Below, in pieces: positions 57,805 through 64,000 of a stretch of DNA of 64,000 nt. Source of the stretch: an uncultured Bacilli bacterium (GTDB taxonomy: Bacteria; Bacillota_I; Bacilli_A; RF39; UBA660). A program made the position numbers and the translations under genes. The notes under the pieces are model-generated. The model searched no databases. It was not told the DNA's origin and worked only from the letters and a program-made list of their open reading frames with translations. The stretch's first letter is position 1. Each line of letters starts with the position of its first letter. The stretch lies in NCBI GenBank assembly GCA_944358775.1, contig CALVRU010000003.1, forward strand, positions 5,783 through 69,782, written 5' to 3'.

Positions 57805-57881
57805 ATTTTGATTGGAAAAGAAAAGGGATTTGCTCGACTTTTCTTTTTGTTTATGATAGAATTTAAGGGTAGGTGAGACGA

Positions 57882-58292
57882 ATGAAAAACAGAAGTGAAT
57901 TACGGGAAATTATTGTAAAAGTACTGTATCAAGTATATATATTAGAAAATACGAATTTGAGTTATGATATCGCCGGATTAGAGAAAGAATTACTCGAAGT
58001 TTCCAATGACTTTGTCGATCAATGTGTACGTGGGGTCATCGAACATCAGAAGGTGATCGATCAACTTGCCAATAAGTATTTAGATGGTTGGAATATCGAT
58101 CGGTTAAGTAAAGTCGATAAAGCGATTTTATCGCTTGGTATTTATGAGTTAAAATTCACCGATACACCGAGTATTGTAGCAATTAATGAAGCGATCGAAC
58201 TATCGAAACGTTATAGCGATGAAAAGGTTACGAAAATGATCAATGCGGTTTTGGATCAGATTTATCATAACGAGGAAGAAAATGCAAGATAA
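57882..58292 (+). CDS. nusB: transcription antitermination factor NusB
   Basis: 136 aa; RELIVKVLYQ...LDGWNIDRLSKVDKAILSLGIYEL; upstream of xseA as in Bacillus (folD absent). Confidence 0.8.
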   Translation: MKNRSELREIIVKVLYQVYILENTNLSYDIAGLEKELLEVSNDFVDQCVRGVIEHQKVIDQLANKYLDGWNIDRLSKVDKAILSLGIYELKFTDTPSIVAINEAIELSKRYSDEKVTKMINAVLDQIYHNEEENAR

Positions 58293-59634
58293 GTATATTA
58301 CAGTTACACAGTTAACCCGTTATATTAAATTTAAATTAGATAATGATGAAAATCTGATGCAAGTATTTTTAAAGGGTGAAATTTCTAATTTTAAGGCACA
58401 TACTCGCGGTCATTACTACTTTACGATTAAGGATGAATTTAGCCGCATTAATGCGATTATGTTTGCGACGAACGTGAAAAAATTAAAGTTTTTGCCACAA
58501 GACGGAATGAAAGTGATGCTTACTGGTCGTATTTCAGTGTATGAAGCAAGCGGAACCTACCAGATCTATGTAAATGATATGATCGAAGACGGTATTGGTA
58601 ACTTGTATGTCGCATATGAACAGTTAAAAGCAAAACTAGAAAAAGAAGGATTATTTGATCCGAGTCATAAAAAAAGAATACCGAAATTTCCAGAGAAAAT
58701 TGGAATTATTACAGCACCTACCGGAGCGGCCATTCGCGATATTTTATCGACGATCCAAAGACGTTGGCCAATCGCGGAGACTCTTTTATTTCCGAGTCTT
58801 GTGCAAGGCGCAGCGGCCGCACCATCGGTAGTACGGCAAATCGAACAGGCGCAAGCATATGATTTAGATGTTTTAATCGTCGGCCGTGGTGGTGGGTCAA
58901 TCGAAGATCTATGGTGTTTTAACGATGAAAACGTAGCGCGTGCCATTTATCATTCTCGAATTCCAGTTATCAGTGCGGTCGGTCATGAAATCGACTTTAC
59001 GATTGCGGATTTCGTAGCAGATTTAAGAGCTCCAACGCCAACCGGCGCGGCGGAGATGGCAGTCCCAAATCAAGATGATTTTTATCAGTTTTTATTACAA
59101 TTAAAATTACGGTTGAGCAAACGAGTTCATGCCAAAATCGAAATGGAAAAAGAACGTCTCGAACGTTTTAAAGAAAGTTATGTTTTAAAAAATCCGTTAG
59201 CCATTTACGAAATAAAGGAACAACGGTTTGATGCTTTATTTGAACGTGGTGTTCGAATTATTAAAACGTTACTTACGAATGCTCGAAATCGACTTTCGAC
59301 ATTGGAACAAGCTTACATTTTTCAAAATCCGGAAAAAATATACGAAGCAAAACAAGTTGCGTTTCAAAATATCTTAACGAAATATCAACACGTCAGTCAT
59401 ACTTTTTACAATGCAAAAGAACGTGATTTCCAAGTGTTACTTTCGAAATGCGATGCATTAAATCCGCTTTTGACTATGAAACGTGGTTATACGATTACTC
59501 GGCAAAACGACCATGTAATTCATTCGCTTCAAGAAGTCGATCATAATAAAATTCTAACGATCGAATTCCAAGATGGAACAATCGATACAAAGGTGGTGAA
59601 TTCGAGCAATGGGCTTGATCACAAAACGAAATGA
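58282..59634 (+). CDS. xseA: exodeoxyribonuclease VII large subunit
   Basis: N-terminal OB fold ITVTQLTRYIKFKLDND...GEISNFKAHTRGHYYFTIKD; catalytic region GRGGGSIEDL. Confidence 0.9.
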   Translation: MQDKYITVTQLTRYIKFKLDNDENLMQVFLKGEISNFKAHTRGHYYFTIKDEFSRINAIMFATNVKKLKFLPQDGMKVMLTGRISVYEASGTYQIYVNDMIEDGIGNLYVAYEQLKAKLEKEGLFDPSHKKRIPKFPEKIGIITAPTGAAIRDILSTIQRRWPIAETLLFPSLVQGAAAAPSVVRQIEQAQAYDLDVLIVGRGGGSIEDLWCFNDENVARAIYHSRIPVISAVGHEIDFTIADFVADLRAPTPTGAAEMAVPNQDDFYQFLLQLKLRLSKRVHAKIEMEKERLERFKESYVLKNPLAIYEIKEQRFDALFERGVRIIKTLLTNARNRLSTLEQAYIFQNPEKIYEAKQVAFQNILTKYQHVSHTFYNAKERDFQVLLSKCDALNPLLTMKRGYTITRQNDHVIHSLQEVDHNKILTIEFQDGTIDTKVVNSSNGLDHKTK

Positions 59635-59824
59635 ATTAAATGAGGAAGATAATAATCTTTATTTTGAATACAGTCAATCGATTCTTGAAAAACAACAACG
59701 CTTGAACAATCCCGATTTATCTTTTTCCGAAAAACAGAAAATTCAAACCGAGATTCAAGAATTATATATGAAACAATTGTCTTTACAAGGAATATTAAAA
59801 GAAGGAGGAACAAAACATGAGTAA
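59609..59824 (+). CDS. hypothetical 71-aa coiled-coil-like small protein between xseA and xseB
   Basis: ORF fills the xseA-xseB gap, overlapping the last 26 nt of xseA and the first 8 nt of xseB; no recognisable motif. Confidence 0.25.
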   Translation: MGLITKRNELNEEDNNLYFEYSQSILEKQQRLNNPDLSFSEKQKIQTEIQELYMKQLSLQGILKEGGTKHE

Positions 59825-60050
59825 TAAAAAAGAAGTTAGCTTCGAAGAAAATCTCGCTCATTTAGAAACGATTGTCAAGGAATTGGAAAGTGGGACAATT
59901 CCGTTGGATGATGCGATTCACAAATTCAATGAAGCGATGAAAATTGCCAAAGAATGCAATGATAAATTAAAAAATGCGGAAGAATCCGTGAATAAAATTT
60001 TAAACGATGATGGAACGATCACTGATTTTAAAATCGAAGAAAACTCATAA
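59817..60050 (+). CDS. xseB: exodeoxyribonuclease VII small subunit
   Basis: 77 aa; SFEENLAHLETIVKELESGTIPLDDAIHKFNEAMKIAKEC. Confidence 0.9.
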   Translation: MSNKKEVSFEENLAHLETIVKELESGTIPLDDAIHKFNEAMKIAKECNDKLKNAEESVNKILNDDGTITDFKIEENS

Positions 60051-60257
60051 TAGGAGTTTTTTTCTTTGGCATAAAATATCGATAAAAAACCAAACTAAAA
60101 TAGTAAATTTAAAAAATTGATTTGTTTGTCATTTTTAGTATGTTCTTCACTTCAATTTTAAAAACCGTTAATTATTGGTGATACTGGCATATTTTTCATT
60201 GGTTGGAAGATATCGATTCGGCCATAATAATAATGTAGTCTGTTGGGAGATGAAGTC

Positions 60258-61247
60258 ATGAAAAAGGCAAACTACAAACTACAATTTCTCTTTTTTCTTC
60301 TTTTACTTTGCATTCCGATTAAAGTTTTTGCTTATTCCAATGAAATTATTCCCGGTGGAGAAAATATTGGGATTCATCTAAATACCGATGGAATTGTCAT
60401 TGTTGGCTTTTATGAAGTAAATGGAACTTATTTAGGACAAGATGCCGGCCTTGCTTTAGGAGACCGAATTACGAAAGTAAATGGGAAAGAATGTACGACG
60501 ATTGAAGAGATGGTTTCTCTCTTAAATGCGAGTCCTGATTTCAATCGCGTAGTAATTACTTTTAAACGAGATCAACAGGAAAAAACAACGCATTTAAAAT
60601 TAATTGAAGATGAAAACGGTGTTTACAAAACAGGACTTTATGTAAAAGATCAAATTAATGGAATTGGAACACTTACGTACATTGACCCAAATACGAAGAT
60701 ATATGGCGCCCTAGGACATGAAATTGCTGACAAAAACACCATGCAGAAAGTCGAAATTAAAGATGGTCATATTTTCCGATCGGAAGTAACGAACATTACC
60801 AAAAGTGAAACAGGTTCACCTGGTGAGAAAAATGCAAAATTTTACAATGATGAACGCTATGGCGACATCAAAGAAAATGAAGAATCGGGAATTTTTGGCA
60901 CTTATCAAGAACAAATTCCTCAAACAGACGCGATCGAAGTTGGAAAACCAGACGATGTCACGATTGGGGAGGCTGAAATAAGAACGGTTCTATCTGGAAA
61001 TACCGTTGAAAATTTTAAAATTAATATTTTAAAAATCGATAAGAAAAGTGCTACGAAAAATATTCTATTTGAAATTACCGATGATCAATTATTGAATCAA
61101 ACTGGTGGTGTCGTACAAGGAATGAGCGGAAGTCCAATCATTCAAAATGGTAAAATTATCGGAGCAGTTACTCACGTAATTGTAAACGATGCGAAAAAAG
61201 GATACGGAATTTTCATTACGACAATGTTAGAAGAAGGAGAGAATTAA
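60258..61247 (+). CDS. spoIVB: SpoIVB peptidase (S55)
   Basis: Signal peptide, PDZ region and S55 core GMSGSPIIQNGKIIGAVTHVIVNDAKKGYGIF; RBS GGGAGA. Confidence 0.85.
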   Translation: MKKANYKLQFLFFLLLLCIPIKVFAYSNEIIPGGENIGIHLNTDGIVIVGFYEVNGTYLGQDAGLALGDRITKVNGKECTTIEEMVSLLNASPDFNRVVITFKRDQQEKTTHLKLIEDENGVYKTGLYVKDQINGIGTLTYIDPNTKIYGALGHEIADKNTMQKVEIKDGHIFRSEVTNITKSETGSPGEKNAKFYNDERYGDIKENEESGIFGTYQEQIPQTDAIEVGKPDDVTIGEAEIRTVLSGNTVENFKINILKIDKKSATKNILFEITDDQLLNQTGGVVQGMSGSPIIQNGKIIGAVTHVIVNDAKKGYGIFITTMLEEGEN

Positions 61248-61324
61248 GAGACTTAGGTCTCTTTTTTTCAATTGACTTATCGTTAAATTATTTATATAAT
61301 AATTACAGAATAGGAGGCTAATTT

Positions 61325-61687
61325 ATGGAACAAGATCCAAATACAGTGACAAATCAAGAAACGACAGAACCAGTTGCACAGACTGTAGAAACAGTAGAAC
61401 CGGAAGAAACACCAAAAAAGAAAAAGAAGAAACATCATTTTATTCGTAACTTTTTCTATATTTTATCAACAATTATCGTTTTCCTTTTATTAGCAAACAC
61501 TGCCCTTGCAGTTGTTAACTTCATCCAGATCTCAAACGATAAAGAACCTTATCTCTTCACTGATGTTGTTTCAACCGAAGAAAATGGAGTAACGAGAAAC
61601 GATTATAAACAAGGATTTTATCATATCGTCGAAGAAAAAGAAGGAACCAATCTTCGTTACATGTTAAAACCATTCTTTTTAAAATAA
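61325..61687 (+). CDS. hypothetical membrane protein
   Basis: Acidic N-terminus, K-rich stretch, one TM. Confidence 0.35.
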   Translation: MEQDPNTVTNQETTEPVAQTVETVEPEETPKKKKKKHHFIRNFFYILSTIIVFLLLANTALAVVNFIQISNDKEPYLFTDVVSTEENGVTRNDYKQGFYHIVEEKEGTNLRYMLKPFFLK

Positions 61688-61930
61688 AATAATAAAAAAG
61701 ACTTTCAATGATGAAAAGTCTTTTCTTATACAAAATAAATAACGATTCCAACGATGAAACTTGCCACCATAATTAATGTTAAACAAAGAGCCATAACCTT
61801 TGTTGCTTTTTTACTCATTTTTATCCACCTCATTTTTGATTATACGTAATTTTTCTCATTTTGTAAATCTTTATTTCGATTTTGGTATAATTGTAATTTC
61901 ACCGAATAGAATGAACTAGGTGAAAAAGAA

Positions 61931-62563
61931 ATGAATCAAACAATGAAGCAAGCAAAAGAGCATATTAAAAGACAGAAAAAAGCATATTTATTTTTAATTA
62001 TATTACTAGGACTAGGTTTAATTTCCGGAATTGTTTTTATTTTCTTTTTATCCAAAGAGGATAGTGCGATGGTAAAAGAACAATTACGACTTTTTTTTGA
62101 ACAGATGAAGAACTTGGACAACCTTAATTATCAAAAAGGATTTCTAAATAGTATTACTTCTAATTTTCTATTTGCCGGATCGATCTTTTTTCTTGGAATA
62201 TCGATTATCGGATTGCCAATTGTATTATTTTTACTTTTTATGAAAGGATTTATCACGGGTTTTTCCATTTCCTCTATCATCGCAAACTACCAATGGAAAG
62301 GCATTTTAGGCACCGGTGCTTATATTTTCCCACATCAGATTATAAACCTCGTTATTTGGCTTCTTTTGACCTTTTACGCAGCTTCTTTTTCGATCAAATT
62401 GTTTTCTTGCCTTTTTTTAAAGAAAAACATTAATTTACGAGAAGCGATGAAAAAGTTTTTAAAAATATTTTTGATCTGTATTATCGGTTTAGCAATCTCA
62501 AGTATTATCGAAATATTTGTATCGCCATTCTTATTGCAGTTATTCGCACAGACAGTCGGATAA
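61931..62563 (+). CDS. SpoIIM-like (DUF95) stage II sporulation membrane protein
   Basis: 210 aa with four or five TM helices in an arrangement like SpoIIM. Confidence 0.5.
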   Translation: MNQTMKQAKEHIKRQKKAYLFLIILLGLGLISGIVFIFFLSKEDSAMVKEQLRLFFEQMKNLDNLNYQKGFLNSITSNFLFAGSIFFLGISIIGLPIVLFLLFMKGFITGFSISSIIANYQWKGILGTGAYIFPHQIINLVIWLLLTFYAASFSIKLFSCLFLKKNINLREAMKKFLKIFLICIIGLAISSIIEIFVSPFLLQLFAQTVG

Positions 62564-62645
62564 AGTAAATGAATAAAATTCATAAGGAAAAGGGAAATCC
62601 TTTTCTTTTTTTTCTTTTTGGGCTATAATGAAATAGGTGAAGTTC

Positions 62646-63752
62646 ATGACAAAAGTAATTATTGGAATTTCAGGTGGCGTAGATTCGAGTGTCGCAGCAC
62701 TTTTATTGCAAAAAGCTGGATATCAAGTAGAAGGATTGTTTATGCGAAATTGGGATACTTCTATCAATGGTGATATTTTGGGTAATCCGGATTTAAACAA
62801 CGATATTTGTCCGCAGGAAAAGGATTATAACGATGCCAAAGCAGTCTGTGATAAATTAGGAATTCCACTTCATAGAATTGATTTTGTAAAAGAATATTGG
62901 GATTATGTATTTACTTATTTTTTAGACGAATTAAAAAAAGGACGAACTCCCAACCCAGATATTATGTGTAATAAATATATCAAGTTCGACTATTTTATTC
63001 AAGAAGCGAAAAGACTAGGCGCTGATTATATTGCGACCGGCCATTATGCGAAAATGCAAGATGGCTATTTATGTCGTAGTAAAGATCAAAATAAAGATCA
63101 AACTTACTTTTTATCGCAACTTTCGAAAACGCAACTCGATCATGTGTTATTTCCACTCGGAGATATTACAAAGCCGGAAGTGCGAAAAATGGCGGAGGAA
63201 GCAGCTCTACCGATCGCTCATAAAAAAGACTCTACGGGGATTTGTTTTATTGGAGAACGCAATTTTAAAAACTTTTTAAAAAATTATCTACCGAATCAAC
63301 CAGGCAAGATTGTCGACATTGAAACGAAACAAGTGTTAGGTAACCATATCGGATTAATGTATTATACGATTGGGCAGAGAAGGGGACTTGAAGTAGGAGG
63401 AACGGATGATCGTCTCTTCGTCGTCGGAAAAGATTTAAAAGAAAATATATTGTACGTCTGTGAAGGAGAAGATAATCCGTATTTATATTCGAATGGTTGT
63501 TATGTCGAACAAGTGAATTTTAATTGTGATTTAAGACCCCAAAAATGTACGGCTAAATTCCGCTATCGTCAACAAGATTATGCCGTTGAAGTGGAATATT
63601 TAGAAGATGGAAGGCTTTATGTATCGTACGATGGAATTAAGGCTGTAACGCCGGGACAAGCATGTGTGCTTTATCTAGAAGAAAAGTGTCTAGGTGGTGG
63701 CATTATTCAAGAAGTCTGTAAAGATAAGAAAAAATTATGGTATTTATTGTAA
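62646..63752 (+). CDS. mnmA: tRNA-specific 2-thiouridylase
   Basis: PP-loop IGISGGVDSSVAA; catalytic Cys region STGICFIGERNF; extended -10 TGGGCTATAAT upstream. Confidence 0.95.
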   Translation: MTKVIIGISGGVDSSVAALLLQKAGYQVEGLFMRNWDTSINGDILGNPDLNNDICPQEKDYNDAKAVCDKLGIPLHRIDFVKEYWDYVFTYFLDELKKGRTPNPDIMCNKYIKFDYFIQEAKRLGADYIATGHYAKMQDGYLCRSKDQNKDQTYFLSQLSKTQLDHVLFPLGDITKPEVRKMAEEAALPIAHKKDSTGICFIGERNFKNFLKNYLPNQPGKIVDIETKQVLGNHIGLMYYTIGQRRGLEVGGTDDRLFVVGKDLKENILYVCEGEDNPYLYSNGCYVEQVNFNCDLRPQKCTAKFRYRQQDYAVEVEYLEDGRLYVSYDGIKAVTPGQACVLYLEEKCLGGGIIQEVCKDKKKLWYLL

Positions 63753-63824
63753 ACTAAAATGTCAACTTTACTATTGCAATTCAAAGTTTATGCGTGATAG
63801 AATGATATTAGGGAGGTCATTGAG

Positions 63825-64000
63825 ATGAACAATCTTAATCAAGTATTATCCGAATTGGGTATTTCAAAAGTACGTCTTGCCAAATATTTAGGTGTTTCAA
63901 GACAAATGTTATACAATTATTTAGCTCAGCCAAGTCTTGCTGAATGGCCGAAAGAAAAAGCAATGAAAATCCTTTGTTTATTAGGAATTAAAGAAGAAAA
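63825..64000 (+). CDS. HTH (XRE-like) protein, 5' fragment truncated by the window end
   Basis: RBS GGGAGG; ...LSELGISKVRLAKYLGVSRQMLYNYL is an HTH pattern. Confidence 0.45.
   Translation, partial: MNNLNQVLSELGISKVRLAKYLGVSRQMLYNYLAQPSLAEWPKEKAMKILCLLGIKEE

Noticed and set aside
58665-58946. Minus-strand ORFs inside xseA
   Set aside because: Antisense to conserved xseA; arise from a locally GC-richer stretch.
1-64000. Search for CRISPR arrays, rRNA/tRNA genes, transposases and integrases
   Set aside because: No regularly spaced direct repeats, no tRNA-like cloverleaf candidates, and no recombinase or transposase motifs were recognised. The insertion at 10.6-17.2 kb has no flanking direct repeats that I could see.

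Overview
This window is a low-GC (about 30-35%) core chromosomal segment of an endospore-forming Firmicute. The gene order resembles the Bacillus chromosome but is rearranged and reduced. Read left to right it contains the following blocks. (1) An ImmA-like metallopeptidase and a membrane-tethered XRE regulator. (2) radC-mreC-mreD followed by spoIVFA/spoIVFB-like genes, with no mreB or minCD between them. (3) A membrane-anchored protein with a Pro/Thr-rich linker, then a stand-alone HerA/DUF87 ATPase, then sepF and divIVA. (4) An approximately 6.6 kb segment of lower GC content (10640-17240) inserted between divIVA and the T-box leader of ileS. It encodes a tightly packed, same-strand operon: a 44-aa peptide with a strong Shine-Dalgarno site, a 527-aa radical SAM/SPASM enzyme with an N-terminal tandem-duplicated domain, a degenerate P-loop protein, a HelD-like RNA-polymerase-associated SF1 helicase, a C39-like papain-fold peptidase, an atypical HAD hydrolase and a TP_methylase-fold methyltransferase. 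I read this as a candidate undescribed radical-SAM RiPP or peptide-derived metabolite system, with a possible RNAP-directed self-immunity gene. (5) ileS (type 2) behind a T-box leader with an AUC specifier, then rpsO-pnp, a ylxY-like deacetylase, a CotY/CotZ-like cysteine-rich coat protein, a GH25 muramidase, smc and a lipoprotein nuclease. (6) A large secreted protein with an FGE-sulfatase-like C-terminal domain. Its promoter carries a G10 homopolymer in the -35/-10 spacer, a candidate phase-variation switch. (7) mutL, miaA, rpsT, gpr, spoIIP, lepA, two tandem paralogous multi-HTH proteins, hemW, a tmk-like kinase, a PilB-like ATPase divergent from two type IV prepilins, ylbJ/ylbL-like genes, mutS, nusB, xseA/xseB, spoIVB, spoIIM-like and mnmA. 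I saw no CRISPR array, rRNA/tRNA gene, transposase or integrase. Every family assignment rests on motif recognition by eye and on synteny, not on database searches.
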